IMG/VR virus record: IMGVR_UViG_3300020577_012633
Span: 59,216-123,215 of that record
Strand: one strand, 5' to 3'
DNA from: a virus
Lineage: Duplodnaviria > Caudoviricetes
DNA: 64,000 nt
Positions 21,235-33,463 of the stretch are shown here, one piece after another. Position numbers and translations under genes: made by a program. Positions within the stretch are counted from its first letter, which is position 1; every line of letters begins with the position of its first letter. The notes below the pieces were generated by a model, which worked only from the letters and a program-made list of their open reading frames with translations, did not search any database and was not told the DNA's origin.

Positions 21235-21867
21235 TTACTCTATTTTATAAATTAAATAACTTCCTGAAACAATAGTTGAGCTAAAATCCATAGGATATAT
21301 TCTTGATTGTTTTGTTTTCAAAGATATAATTCCAGAAGAAGATGTTTTAACAATACCGTCTATGTAAAAATAAAAATACTCATTTTCAGCATGAGACTCT
21401 AAATTAATTGAAGTTCCATAATCGGTTTCAATTAAATAATTGCCTTTAGGTCTTGTTGAATTTGAAATTATTTCATTAGTTAAAATTCCTGAACTTCCAA
21501 TTGGGGAATTAATTCCAAACAAAAAACTTGCATTAAAACTTGAATAATAGTTTGTATTTATTTTTATATAAGATTGAATGCGATAATTTTTATTAGCTTC
21601 AGCTTCAAATGACAATTCATTAATAGAATACCATTCTGAATCCAAAACTATATTTTGATTATTTTGTTTTACTATTTTTGAAAATAAACCAGGAATAAAT
21701 TGAGAAGGAGGTAATACATAAGACAAAGAGTTCCATCTAGAAACTCCGTCTCCAATCTTGAAAAAATTTGAGCTAGTTTCAAATCCTATTTCTCCGCTTA
21801 GAAGAATAGGATTATGTAAAGACCAATTTGCAGCAGAATCGTGTCGAATTTGTATATTTGTTGCCAT
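21235..21867 (-). CDS. Tail-fibre-like protein with Mtd-N/hyaluronidase-N-type domain
   Basis: IQIRHDSAANW..NPILLSGEIGFET..FKIGDG..WNSL.Y. Confidence 0.7.
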   Translation of the reverse strand: MATNIQIRHDSAANWSLHNPILLSGEIGFETSSNFFKIGDGVSRWNSLSYVLPPSQFIPGLFSKIVKQNNQNIVLDSEWYSINELSFEAEANKNYRIQSYIKINTNYYSSFNASFLFGINSPIGSSGILTNEIISNSTRPKGNYLIETDYGTSINLESHAENEYFYFYIDGIVKTSSSGIISLKTKQSRIYPMDFSSTIVSGSYLIYKIE

Positions 21868-22234
21868 ACTACATATTACTGTAGTATTAATTATTCATCC
21901 TTCTTGCGAAAAGAAAAATTTGGTTTCCATCCATTTTTAAAAGCTCTAATTCAAATTTTAGTATTTCCCTATGGCAATTTACACCATTTTCAACAATATC
22001 TCCGTAAACCATCATACTTCGCAATGGATCTTGTGCATGTTCAGATTTAAGTTCTTTTCTTATTCTTTCTTTTATATGTTCAGGAAGTTGATTATAAAAT
22101 TTTCCTGGTTTTCTTTGTGGATCTAAAATATTTCTTTTGATAGATGAAAGATATCCAAATTTTACTTCACCATCATTTCGTGCTTGTTCGCAAATATCTA
22201 AAAACAAAGATTGTATGCTTATTTCCATATTAAT

Positions 22235-23323
22235 TTATATTCCCAATTTATTCGTCTCTCCAGAATTTCCAAAGAACCAATGTTCATTTGCTGTAACGTG
22301 TCCTTTTCTAACAAATTTTGCTATAGACCTTGAAAAATCTTTATAATGAAAACTATCGGCCAACCGAACAACGTATCCCTCACAGTCCTCACCATTTATT
22401 ACTGGTTTATAAAGTTCTTTAATCGTTTTTTCATTCCATATTCCTCTATAAATAATCGGTACTATTGGAATGCCAAGAAGTTGAAACCATTCGTTAGTTG
22501 TATCCCAATCAAGACAAATTAGATTGTTCCAAGCTGAAATCCCATAGCAATAACTTTCCAAATTCTTATATGGAATGGAATGTTTTGCATAAAGATTTTC
22601 TACAACAAATCTCATGTTCTCAGGAATATCATGACAAATATTCCCGTGAAAATTCTTTATCCAACTTTTTGACCAGTGTTTCTTATCTGCTAAAGAACGA
22701 GCATGAATATAGTCATTATACATTGTTGTATTTTCACCATCCATCTTGATGGTTACTACAACCTCTTTGCCATTAAATATGTCTATATTCTTTATAATGC
22801 GATCATCGTCAGTAGCTCCAGGAGACCAAGGCAAATGCCAAGTTCTTGGATACTTTACATAACGACTAAATAAATTAAGTACATTGCCTTCGTTCAATAC
22901 TTTTTGAACAGAAATATCATCAAAAAGCTCGCCTCTGAGTCTTGTCCCATTGGGCATAATAGGATTAGCCCATTTATCATACACTTGATCATCGTAAAGA
23001 TGTTCTGGTATAATCTTATCTTTTTCTAGGATTCCGCAAGCTGCTCTAATCTCTTCAACACATAAAATTGTCATTTCAGCTTTGATATGACATTCAGGGC
23101 AAAGGCTAGAGCCGTTGTTGATTAGATATCCACCGAAAGTTTCCGGGTCTATCCATAGTCGTCTTTCTAAGATATGATGAGCATCGAGATTCGTCTTAGT
23201 TGATGTCTTAAGACAAATAACGCATTTGTGATCATCACGAGCAAAAACCTTCTCTCTAAATTCGTTTCTAGAAAGAATTTTCCGTGACCGATTTACATAG
23301 TTGTTTGAATTTGACTTCATCAA
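22235..23323 (-). CDS. HNH domain fused to ATP-dependent RNA ligase (start uncertain)
   Basis: CVIC..AHHI..LCPECH; KYPRTWHLPWS, KMDGEN, EGYVVR, AKFVR. Confidence 0.85.
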   Translation of the reverse strand: MMKSNSNNYVNRSRKILSRNEFREKVFARDDHKCVICLKTSTKTNLDAHHILERRLWIDPETFGGYLINNGSSLCPECHIKAEMTILCVEEIRAACGILEKDKIIPEHLYDDQVYDKWANPIMPNGTRLRGELFDDISVQKVLNEGNVLNLFSRYVKYPRTWHLPWSPGATDDDRIIKNIDIFNGKEVVVTIKMDGENTTMYNDYIHARSLADKKHWSKSWIKNFHGNICHDIPENMRFVVENLYAKHSIPYKNLESYCYGISAWNNLICLDWDTTNEWFQLLGIPIVPIIYRGIWNEKTIKELYKPVINGEDCEGYVVRLADSFHYKDFSRSIAKFVRKGHVTANEHWFFGNSGETNKLGI

Positions 23324-23999
23324 AATTTCTTTTCATTAGGTTAATGTCCTTATGCGTCCATTGAACATTGCCCTCGATATATCCTTTACTTGAGTCTATG
23401 CGATCAAGAGAAGCAGTTGCGCTACCGTGACTGGTTTTTGGAAAGGAAATCTCCAAACCCGAAAGTGCGCATTTCCCTTTTTGGTCAAGATAGAGTTTCC
23501 AACCATATTGAATAGAAATGGAAAAGTCTAATTTTCGTTTTGATGCCTGAATTCTATACAAGGACCATCTACTTGCATTAATGTCTCCACAACCTTTGAA
23601 TAGCGGATTGCTTTCACCGAATCTGCGAATTTCATTTCTGGCACAGCCGCAAGACTTGACTTCGTTTCGAAGAAGAACCCCAGGTAATCTTTCTACATTT
23701 TTCTTTCCGCAAGAACAATCACACATTGCGATCCATCGTCTTCCCCATTTACCCTCCTTGACTCGCATATCAATGACGGATAATTTACCAAAAACTTTAC
23801 CGATAAGTTCTCCGTTGTATTCAGGAACATCTCGATTTTTTCTATCTATTGCTGAACAATTTTTGCGTTTTCTTAATCTATTTAGGGTGGTTTTACTAAT
23901 ATCAAATTTTGAACATATTTCTTCTATAAACTCCCCTGAACGATAAGCTTCTACTATCGCCTTTTCCTGCGATTCCGTAAGTCTCTTTCCTTTAACCAT
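23268..23999 (-). CDS. HTH + HNH homing endonuclease
   Basis: CDCSCG..SCGC, CALSG, ASLDRIDSSKGYIEGNVQW..N.MK. Confidence 0.88.
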   Translation of the reverse strand: MVKGKRLTESQEKAIVEAYRSGEFIEEICSKFDISKTTLNRLRKRKNCSAIDRKNRDVPEYNGELIGKVFGKLSVIDMRVKEGKWGRRWIAMCDCSCGKKNVERLPGVLLRNEVKSCGCARNEIRRFGESNPLFKGCGDINASRWSLYRIQASKRKLDFSISIQYGWKLYLDQKGKCALSGLEISFPKTSHGSATASLDRIDSSKGYIEGNVQWTHKDINLMKRNFDEVKFKQLCKSVTENSF

Positions 24000-24721
24000 A
24001 AATGCTCCTTTCGACAACATGAAAGGAATACAAAAATGATTAGTCTCATTCCTTCTTAGAAGATATCATTTTTACAAATTGCCATTCACTTGCCATTAAT
24101 TTGTTTATTTGCTTCAATGGCGTAATATGGTTGACTCCATTGACGATTTTTCTTGTCTATAGAAAACAATAAACCCCATATACGATATACAGGAATATCC
24201 CCATCATCAAGATATCTTCCTACAAATCCTCTTGGATTTTCTATCCATCTTTTAATTATTTCTATATCGTTTGGATTATACTTTTCAAGAAGTCTAAGTC
24301 CTTCTTGTTCAAGATATTTAATCTCTATTTTGCTTCTTTGAATAAATTGACCAGAAGCTATTTTAACCTTCAAAAAGGGCGCAACAACAGCATCAACATC
24401 TTTAATATATCTATCTCTTCTTGCAGCTTCTTTTATATCAGAATAAACTGAACCATCATCAGCTTGGAATACTTTTTTCATATTCTCTTACCGTCCTTTG
24501 TTACCGCACAAGTTTTTTGTTCAGCTTCAATATAAGGCAAACCCTTAATCCTAGACTCATGATATTTTTCACAATTAGCTAAAAATTCTGATTTACCAGG
24601 AACTGTATCATGATTATATTGAGCATTAGGATCAATAACTCTCCAAAGTTCAAGATCATTTTCCCAGCAAAGACCATTGCCGCTTTGTTCTTTGTGTTTT
24701 TTAATAGCATTAACCAGTATC

Positions 24722-25795
24722 TCAACTGTTAGTTTTTGCATTTTTCTTAGCTTTCTTTTTAGGTTTATTAGAAATGATTACTTTCTTTTCAGGAGTAGCG
24801 TTATAGCCGTACAAATTATACGGTTGATATTTTTCTTCATGTGTTCTATTTGAATCTTTATCATATTCTATCTTAGCATTTTTGCAGGCTTTAAACTCTG
24901 CTGATAAAGCTGAAAGAAATTTCTTGTCAGAAAAATCCTTGTCTTTGCTAATAATTTCAATAAGATTTTTATGCTGATGATCATAATAATGACGACGACC
25001 AGACATTCGCAAAGCAACAAGTATACGATTCCTTTTAAGCTCAACACCTTCTGAACCAAGCAAAATAAGATGCTGATTAACAATCCATTCTATATCTTCA
25101 CCAGTGTCTGAAATGACTCTAGTTATGTCATGATGCATATTTTGATAATGCAACCATTCGTCAACAACATCTTTGTATTTATCCTGATAATTAATTCTAT
25201 AATGATCCGCATAAAGAATCTTACATATTTGATGTACAATATAACATTTAGAAAAATCTGGATTTTCATAAAGAATAGAAAAACAGGTTCCCTGAATATT
25301 GGCTATTAAATCAGAAAACTCTTTCTTTTGTTCCAAGTATTCATCATTATATCTCCTAAGAGCATAAATGATATTTTCTACTAACTCATATATTTCACAA
25401 ATACATGCAATATCTTTTTTATCAGAGTCCACAAGCAATGACGGAATAGTAAGAACGTCTTTTATTGGATTATATCCATCATTATCTGGTGTAATATCTT
25501 TACTAATTTTACCTTCATCTACCCTTGGAATTGAAGAAGTAACAGCAACAGACCACAAATCTTCATTATCAATAACTACTGGATTATGGCTTGAAGAACC
25601 AAGTAACCAATGAACAGAATTACTTTCTGATCCGAGCAAAGTAGGCCAAAGGTTATTACAGAAAACAATTAATCTTTCAATCTTATCCTTACAGGAATAA
25701 GATAAAGAAAATCCTTTAAGGCTTTCTGCCTTTTCAATTATTTCACGAACACAATAAAGAATTTTACCTGTACGTTCTCTGTTGCTCAGTCCCAT
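24722..25795 (-). CDS. Hypothetical protein
   Basis: 357-aa ORF. Confidence 0.6.
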   Translation of the reverse strand: MGLSNRERTGKILYCVREIIEKAESLKGFSLSYSCKDKIERLIVFCNNLWPTLLGSESNSVHWLLGSSSHNPVVIDNEDLWSVAVTSSIPRVDEGKISKDITPDNDGYNPIKDVLTIPSLLVDSDKKDIACICEIYELVENIIYALRRYNDEYLEQKKEFSDLIANIQGTCFSILYENPDFSKCYIVHQICKILYADHYRINYQDKYKDVVDEWLHYQNMHHDITRVISDTGEDIEWIVNQHLILLGSEGVELKRNRILVALRMSGRRHYYDHQHKNLIEIISKDKDFSDKKFLSALSAEFKACKNAKIEYDKDSNRTHEEKYQPYNLYGYNATPEKKVIISNKPKKKAKKNAKTNS

Positions 25796-26284
25796 TTGAT
25801 GCTTTCTCTTTTTAATGACTTTTTATACTATCTCAGGAGCCATTACATAAATACCTTCATATTCATGACCCGATCTATGAGAAAGAATTGAATATGCTGA
25901 CCATCCATCATTATTTGAAAGTGCTGATTGAATGCTATTCCAAACAATTTTATTTTTCTCATGATATTTCAATTCGCCTTCGTATAATTCCCATATATTC
26001 AAAAGAGCTTCTCTTAATATTTTAGGAGAAGCCTTGCCAGCTTCTTCTTTACTTATTGATGGAAGTTTAGGAAGTTCACTCTTTTCAGGATTTATGTAAT
26101 ACATTTCGCTTTCCAAGCGATCTTTCAATACGCTTAAGCAATATTTTAAAAAATTATCTTCACTTTTGATAAGAACTTCATGATCTCCATGCTTCCCATT
26201 AAGTACAAAAAGAATGATAGAACCTTCAGAAAACCATTTCTGAATATGTTTTTTAGATGGAGTATACGGTGTGAATCCCATAAT

Positions 26285-26884
26285 TTATCCTGGTTTTACA
26301 GCAATATGCCTTGTCCAGAAATCAACTGATTCCATGTACTTATTGCGGTCCAGAGGAACACCAGAGCCTCCCTCAGCTACCCCAAGCGCATTACGCATCA
26401 TAGTTATAGGAGGCAAAGGAGGCTCTTCCAAGGTCATTGTACGAAGAATATTGACTACCGCAAAATCTCCATCAATAGGAGATCCCTCCTTCGCCATTTG
26501 ATCTTTGTCATAAACAATAACACAAAGATATTTAGCGCGAAGAATTAAATTACCATCACTAGAATCTCGTATCAACGCTGGAAGTTCCAAATATCGCGTC
26601 AACACTGGAAGTTCAGTTTCACGACGTGCTTCATATTCGGTCCTAATAAATGGCAAAGCTTCATTTGTAAGTGGAACAATGCCAGCTTGAGCATTCGTCC
26701 AATTTTCAAACCATATAAGAGAACAAAAAGGCGCATATCCTTTTTCAACCTGAACAGGAACTCTTTCGTTTATTTCAGTCCTAAACTGTTCGGGTGTAAT
26801 GCCAGGAATAGCTGGGCTATGTTTTGTCCCATCAAAATGACTAAGAGCGAATTCTGGCAATACGATTTTTAGATAAGCCGCCAT
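26285..26884 (-). CDS. DUF3228-like protein
   Basis: GYAPFC, YEARRETELPVLTR, PITMMRNALG..GGSGVPLDR. Confidence 0.75.
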   Translation of the reverse strand: MAAYLKIVLPEFALSHFDGTKHSPAIPGITPEQFRTEINERVPVQVEKGYAPFCSLIWFENWTNAQAGIVPLTNEALPFIRTEYEARRETELPVLTRYLELPALIRDSSDGNLILRAKYLCVIVYDKDQMAKEGSPIDGDFAVVNILRTMTLEEPPLPPITMMRNALGVAEGGSGVPLDRNKYMESVDFWTRHIAVKPG

Positions 26885-27653
26885 AAAGATCCTTTTATGA
26901 CATGATTGCTGCATGACGTTTTTGAAAAGCCAAATGAATCAAATCTACAGCGTTTATTGCTGATTCAAGTTCAAGTTTTTGATCTGTAGTAAGTCCTGAA
27001 GTATTTAGAACCTTTTCTTTTGTTGATTCTCCTTGCCTGCATATTTTATAGTCAAAATATTCTGCCGCAAGATTTGCAACATCCATTATTTGTTCTTGCG
27101 ATAAAGAAGTACCAGATTTCATGTTTTTCCTTTAATTTTCTCAGACTCTTACTACTATGATATCAAATAAATGATATCCTGTCAAAGAAGTGAACGCCTT
27201 CAGCAGATCCATCCTTAGCTGTAAATGTTTCCAATATTTTAAAATCTCGTCCAACAAAAATCCAGAGGCCACTTCTTTTTAATTTGCCTGGTTCATTTTT
27301 GGCAAAACCTTCCCAGCTTTTTCTTACTTCATCTTCTTTTTCGCCATATACAAAACAATTCCAACGTTGATCTGCTTTTGTCTTGCAGAATATAAAACAT
27401 CTTTCTTTTCTCCATTTTGCATAATGATTTACAGCATCATTTATTGAAGTAAATCGAGTAGAAGAAATAAAATTATCTGTTCTATTCGATGGACTGCTTT
27501 CATGTTCCCATTCACCAGTGTTCTTATCTAAGCAACGGCTCCAATGAACCAACGCCCAGGTATTTTCACTTCTACGTTCAAGCGTAACGTCGAAAAGAGG
27601 GTCAATGATAAATGAATTAGCCATTTCTAGAAATTCATCGTTTGTAAACATTT

Positions 27654-28286
27654 TTACCTCGTAAATTTAGACCACCCTTTTCCTAACACAAAACCGTCTT
27701 TTTGCATCATTTTTTTAATTGATTTATAACCAGCAGGAGTATTTGAAAAACAAATAACATTGATAGGAGAAAGATCCAAACGAAGATGATGAATACTATA
27801 ATTTTCGTTTAATTTCTTTAATTCTGCTTGGATCTCTTCAAGAGATTTACCTCTAAAATCACCAACATCTTCAAATTCGGTTTTGTCTATAGGACTTTGA
27901 TTTGAATAACGACAAGGAGCAAGAATCCTGTTTTGTTTAGCAAGAATTTTTAAATCACGGATTATTTCTTCTTTGCTACTAAAGATTTCAGGAGAAGTAA
28001 CATTGAAAGAAGACAAGAAGCCAAATAAAGAGTAGTCATTACATGAATAAAGCTTATCAAGTTTCCAATCAAGAACTACCAATCCGTATCCATTAGGAGC
28101 AACCCTATTTTGAGATTCAGGAGCAGCGTAAATGTTTGGTCGATTAATAACCTCATCTACAACAGAACGGTCTTTCTGGTATATCCTAGGGTCCATTAAG
28201 ACATAAGGCATGGAATTAGTCCATGTCAATCTTTTATGAACAGACCCATCAGTATCTCGAAATACAAATTGAATAGTTCCGCCCAT
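27654..28286 (-). CDS. Hypothetical protein
   Basis: 210-aa ORF in a gene run. Confidence 0.55.
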   Translation of the reverse strand: MGGTIQFVFRDTDGSVHKRLTWTNSMPYVLMDPRIYQKDRSVVDEVINRPNIYAAPESQNRVAPNGYGLVVLDWKLDKLYSCNDYSLFGFLSSFNVTSPEIFSSKEEIIRDLKILAKQNRILAPCRYSNQSPIDKTEFEDVGDFRGKSLEEIQAELKKLNENYSIHHLRLDLSPINVICFSNTPAGYKSIKKMMQKDGFVLGKGWSKFTR

Positions 28287-28783
28287 TATTACTTCTTTCT
28301 CAGGAAAGGATGATTATCAGCACTAATGTCATAATTGAGCATAAATTCATGCGCCCAATCTTGAGTGTATCCGCATTTATCTGGACAAATCCAGCCTTCA
28401 TTAGTAGCAACAAGGATTGAACGACAATATTTGCCGTCTTTTTGACCGCCGCAAGTGAATGGATGATAAACACCACAGTTTTGGTAATCATTTAGATTTT
28501 TAACTTGTTTATCTGTCCAATTTGCAGGCATTAAAACCTTCCTCCAGACCAAACACATTCGGCTTTGTCGTTATAAACATAGGCTTTGAGCATTTCACCA
28601 GAATGTTGTCTAGCGATTTCGATAGCTTTTTCTAGAGTTTTTTCATCTCCATGATTCAAATCAGATCCATCAAAAGTATCTACGGAAACAACTCTAAATT
28701 TCCCCTTAGGAGCTTTTAATTCAAATTCTTCTCCTGCTGCTCTATTACCACCTTTGCTTATTGGTCTTGGATCGTATGGCATG

Positions 28784-29086
28784 TTATTTCTCGCTTTCAT
28801 TGTTAGCAATAGGCAATCTTGTTGGGTCTGTTATTCCTCTTTCAGCATTAGAAAGAATAACAGCATCAATTCCTAACATTTCAGCTTCTTTTCTAAGCGT
28901 ATTACCTCTCTGTAGTCTATCTTTTCTCATTGTATTACCCAAATGAATCCAGGTTTCTTGAACATCAGGTACTTCTCCTGATTCTTCGCAACGATAACAT
29001 GGTATAGAATCAATAAATTGTCCATATCTATTATATTTTGGTATAATAGCTATTTCTTTTGCGCCTTGACAATCAGGACATATCAT
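28784..29086 (-). CDS. Zn-finger + XRE-type HTH protein
   Basis: CPDCQG/CYRC; TLRKEAEMLGI..LSNAERG. Confidence 0.6.
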   Translation of the reverse strand: MICPDCQGAKEIAIIPKYNRYGQFIDSIPCYRCEESGEVPDVQETWIHLGNTMRKDRLQRGNTLRKEAEMLGIDAVILSNAERGITDPTRLPIANNESEK

Positions 29087-29842
29087 TTTTTGAACTCCCT
29101 TTTTATATTAAAATCAATAAGCATATCTCTAGCGTTTTTTAAATGATCTTTTACTTCTTGTGGTAACTCTGAAAATTCTTGTGGTGTAAGTTCCTCTAGT
29201 TGTAAATCTTTATTGAATCTAGCTATGGTCGTACAATACATACAAATTGAAATGTCGCCTGGAGATGGAGAAACATCTTCTCCTTTTGACTCCGTAGCTC
29301 CATTTAAGGACTTGCCACAACAAAGGCAATTATGAGTTTTATCAAGTTTCAAAATATTAGTCCTTTCTTTTTTGAACTAATCTATTCCCTCTCCAATAAA
29401 ACCTTTTAAAAGGAATATCTGATTTTTCCCAGCTTTTATCTATTTCATCATATGTATCAAGATTCCAAAAACTTTTCTTTTTTCCAGCCAAATTATTGGC
29501 AATTTTCCAAAGTTCAGGAACAACTTGCTTATGCCAATTTATTCCTTTTCCAGGAATACGAACCAAAACAAAATTGAGATTCGTTTCTCCATATGAGAAT
29601 TCTCCGTACATCAAAAATGTATGATATTTAGGAGGCGGAGGTTTGATCTCAATTTCTTTTTTCCAGCACTTTAATTCAGCATTCCAAAAATAAGAAGTTC
29701 TATCAGTTCCAAATCCTTCGCCATCAGGTCTTGTCTCTGGAGGTTTTTTACCAAATGAAAAATCCATAAAATCTTTCTCAACTGCTCTATTCTTTGCAGG
29801 AGAAAGATCAACTAATTTAGTTTCAGGAAGTTTCCAGCCCAA

Positions 29843-31759
29843 TCAAACTCCTGCCATTCTTAGGAATTGATCCTCAGTAATAAGCTTGATCCCAAGCTTA
29901 CGAGCTTTTACTGCCTTGCTAGAAGTGCTATTCAAATCAGCAATTACAAGGTAATTCAAAGTATTATCAACACTGTCATACGGAGTTCCGCCATTATCTT
30001 CAACAATCTTCAGAAGTTCCTTACGAGGCTTATTGGCCGCGCCAGTAAAGCAGAACGAAAGACCTGACAAAGATCCCTTAGAATGAACCTTAGGAGCAGC
30101 CTGACCCTCTTTTACATTAAGAATAGATGCCAATTCTTCAATAGTCTTCCAGTTTGCCTTAAGACTCTTATGAATTCTGCCAGCTTTCGTGTCTTGAAAA
30201 CCACCAAGCTTCAGCAAATCAGATTCTTCCATATTGCGCCAACTGGCAATAGTATAGAATCCTCCATCGACAATATTCTCTGCCTGAGATCTTCCAAGCA
30301 AATCAATAGACAAAGAACCAATCAAATCAGCGAGCGTAACATCCATAGATTTCTTGATTTCATCAAGAATCTTTTTGGACATTTCTTCTCCAAGACCAGC
30401 TTTGACCATTGATTCAACAGTAAGGAAATACAAATCCTTAACGCAAGTTACCGAACCAGCATCAATAAGCTTGTCAAGAGCAGAATCGCCAAGGAACATG
30501 ATTTCACGTTTCTTGATATACTTCATAATGCGTTTATTCAAAACGCCTTCGCAATTGTCGTTAGTGCAACGAAGGAAAGGCCCATCCTGCTTGACAGAGC
30601 TATCACAAGCAGGACATTTTGAACAAGTAATAGTTTTGCGAATTGATCCTTGCTTGACAACGCGAACAATCTTTGGAATAACATCGCCAGCTCGAACAAC
30701 TTCAATATCATCGCCAATTTGGATGCCAAGACGATCAATCTCGTCCATGTTATGAAGCGTTACATTTCGGATTGTTACGCCACCTACTTCGACAGGCTCA
30801 ATCAATGCCACTGGATTGATAGTCCCACGAGTTCCTACGTCCCATGAAACATCAAGAAGCTTACTGAAGCCTCCCATTGATGGAAACTTCCAGGCTCTTG
30901 CCCAATAAGGCAAACCGTCTTTTTCTCCAAGACGATCTTGATGAATTACGTTATCTACGCTAATAACCAGACCGTCAATCTCATAAGCAAGATTGGCACG
31001 GTTAGCTAAAGTCTGATCAACAACCTGTTTTACCAAATTAGAAGTAACAAAATATGTTTGGCTCACTTCAAAACCATTATCATTCAACCAAGTGAGTTTT
31101 TCTTTATAGGTTTGCCATTTTTTCGCGCCAAGAATATTGAAAGCAACACAATGAATGTGTTCAGAATTGCGAGAATCTGTTCTACGAACTGTTCCAGCAC
31201 AGGCATTACGAGGATTCTTGCCTTCTTTATGAAGAAACTTATTCCAGTCAGAAAGACGAAACAAGGCTTCTGCTCGAACAGAAATATCAACTTTCTCATC
31301 AAGTTGTTTAGGAAAGCCTTTTGCGTTTTTAATCGTATGAGTTACATCTTCTCCGACTTCGCCATCGCCTCTGGTAATCGCTTGTACAAATTTACCAGCT
31401 TTGTAGACAAGCTCAATGCTTGATCCATCTAGTTTCCAGTTTACAGAAAGAATAGGATTAGCACCAGTAACAGGAATAATCGAGTTCAACCAAGTTTGAT
31501 ATTCGCCTTCTGAGTTGTTGATCTTTTTCAACGAACCCATAGGAATTTCGTGCTTTACTTCTGTCAATTTATTATCAGAGACAGGAGCGCCAACCGTTTT
31601 CAAAAACGGGTTAGAAGGATCTAATGAAACCAGTTCGTCTTTTGCTATATCAAAAGCAGCATCAGACATTATAGGAGCATCGCTATTGTAGTAGGCGTTA
31701 CAGGCTTCTTTGAGCTTTGAAACCAGATTTTCTACTTTTGCTTTTGTCGTAGAGTCCAT
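29843..31759 (-). CDS. ligA: NAD-dependent DNA ligase
   Basis: KLDG, TRGDG, IDG, Zn finger, HhH, BRCT (FCFTG). Confidence 0.95.
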   Translation of the reverse strand: MDSTTKAKVENLVSKLKEACNAYYNSDAPIMSDAAFDIAKDELVSLDPSNPFLKTVGAPVSDNKLTEVKHEIPMGSLKKINNSEGEYQTWLNSIIPVTGANPILSVNWKLDGSSIELVYKAGKFVQAITRGDGEVGEDVTHTIKNAKGFPKQLDEKVDISVRAEALFRLSDWNKFLHKEGKNPRNACAGTVRRTDSRNSEHIHCVAFNILGAKKWQTYKEKLTWLNDNGFEVSQTYFVTSNLVKQVVDQTLANRANLAYEIDGLVISVDNVIHQDRLGEKDGLPYWARAWKFPSMGGFSKLLDVSWDVGTRGTINPVALIEPVEVGGVTIRNVTLHNMDEIDRLGIQIGDDIEVVRAGDVIPKIVRVVKQGSIRKTITCSKCPACDSSVKQDGPFLRCTNDNCEGVLNKRIMKYIKKREIMFLGDSALDKLIDAGSVTCVKDLYFLTVESMVKAGLGEEMSKKILDEIKKSMDVTLADLIGSLSIDLLGRSQAENIVDGGFYTIASWRNMEESDLLKLGGFQDTKAGRIHKSLKANWKTIEELASILNVKEGQAAPKVHSKGSLSGLSFCFTGAANKPRKELLKIVEDNGGTPYDSVDNTLNYLVIADLNSTSSKAVKARKLGIKLITEDQFLRMAGV

Positions 31760-31962
31760 TGCTTTTTCCTAAAAAATTTCGCTGACCCATATCCTAAATA
31801 TTGTATAAAAAGTCTAGGGATAAGTCATCAAGATTTTCGTCCAAAAACAGAAGACTTTTTACGAAACACAAATAACACTTCCTGAAGAATAGTATAAAAA
31901 CAAAAGATATGCTGTAGTAAGCATATCCTTGGTTGATTTTATTTTCCACTTTTTGTGCAGAT

Positions 31963-33123
31963 TCAAATAACTGTAAATTCAATCCAATTTGTAATGCTGG
32001 ATGTTTTAAAAACATTTGTATCTGGAAAACTATAAGCAGATCTTATCGCATAACGATATTTTCCAGGACTTCTAGGAGACCTAGTATAAGAACTTCTATT
32101 TGAGGGTATTCTTATCATATCTTGTCTAATCCATGAATTATTTATCCATTTTTCTTCAAGTAAATGAAAGACAGTTTCATCTTTTGAATTATCTTGCCAA
32201 ACAAAATAAATACTCTTATCAGATTTAGATGTTCCTCCAAAATTTGAAGGAGAAACTGGTTCTTTAAAATTTCCGTCTACTAATATATAAACATAATCAC
32301 TAATAGCAGAATATGTTATTGAAGAATCTGTTTTAAAAGTTACCTTTTGTAATGGATCTTTTGGATTTACAGATACTTTTCTATTAAAAGACCAATTATC
32401 TTCAGGAGTGGAAATAGCTGAACGTATAGAAAATCTATAATAACCCGGTTGAATAGGATATTCTAATTCTGTTGTATTAGCATTTGCTCTTATATATGAA
32501 GGTAGTCTTGTCCATTTGTCTCCAATATATTGATCTACAATTATATGGAAAGCAGTTTCATTATTTAAAGTATCATTCCATGAAATTTTTACTTTTTGTT
32601 GACCAATACTCTTAACAGATAAACCAGTAGGAGTAATAGCTGTAATAACTCTTGTATCAATTACGAAACTCTCAGTTACTAGATTTGGTCCTCTTGACTG
32701 TATATAATAAACTCCTGACTGAGGAAGAGTTATGTCAAAAAATCCATTTATATTAAGATCAACATCATTAACTGTTGTTTGTTGTTTAAAAACTGTTTTT
32801 ACTTCTTGAGAAGGCAAAGCATACCAATATTTACACTTTCCATCTACAATCACTTCATTTACTGTTTTCATATTAGAGCAAATGGGTTTTTCTTTTTGAG
32901 GAGTTAAGCAGTATATCTGAACAAAATGAGGGCTATTTAATCTTATGACATTATTGCCTAATTTTTCAAAAAGAGGTTTTGAATCATAATTTTCTTGTAT
33001 TGGCATCATTGAAACAAATAATGGAAAATCAAAACCATATAGTTCTGGATCTAATGCAGGATTTTCTACTTTAGATACAGTAGATTTTGAAACCGATACC
33101 ATTTTAATTTTGTCTGATTTCAT
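31963..33123 (-). CDS. Fibronectin type III repeat protein
   Basis: Two repeats W.D...NET.FH...Y.F.IRSA. Confidence 0.65.
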   Translation of the reverse strand: MKSDKIKMVSVSKSTVSKVENPALDPELYGFDFPLFVSMMPIQENYDSKPLFEKLGNNVIRLNSPHFVQIYCLTPQKEKPICSNMKTVNEVIVDGKCKYWYALPSQEVKTVFKQQTTVNDVDLNINGFFDITLPQSGVYYIQSRGPNLVTESFVIDTRVITAITPTGLSVKSIGQQKVKISWNDTLNNETAFHIIVDQYIGDKWTRLPSYIRANANTTELEYPIQPGYYRFSIRSAISTPEDNWSFNRKVSVNPKDPLQKVTFKTDSSITYSAISDYVYILVDGNFKEPVSPSNFGGTSKSDKSIYFVWQDNSKDETVFHLLEEKWINNSWIRQDMIRIPSNRSSYTRSPRSPGKYRYAIRSAYSFPDTNVFKTSSITNWIEFTVI

Positions 33124-33463
33124 TTATATTTCCTTGATCTTTTTGCATTTTATTTATACCGATAACATCTTGAAATAGCTTTATTGAGGCTTTACTTCCT
33201 CCAGCAATAGCAGCAGCAGTTAGAATAAAACCAAGAGTTTTAACTCCTTGAGTATTTGTCATAAAAGATATTACATCTATTTGCCAAAGTTTACATACAA
33301 AAAAGCAAACAGAAAATGCTATAATTTCTTTTATAGCTTTATTCTTTATAAGTTTTATTATATGTTTTTGTTCAAATACTAAAGCTAGTGACCTTTCTAC
33401 AAGGACTGCCAATATTGTTAATAACATAAAAGAATCAAGTATTGCAGTGGTGTTTATTTGCAT
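33104..33463 (-). CDS. Small membrane protein (holin-like)
   Basis: About 3 hydrophobic segments, AGGSK motif. Confidence 0.45.
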   Translation of the reverse strand: MQINTTAILDSFMLLTILAVLVERSLALVFEQKHIIKLIKNKAIKEIIAFSVCFFVCKLWQIDVISFMTNTQGVKTLGFILTAAAIAGGSKASIKLFQDVIGINKMQKDQGNINEIRQN

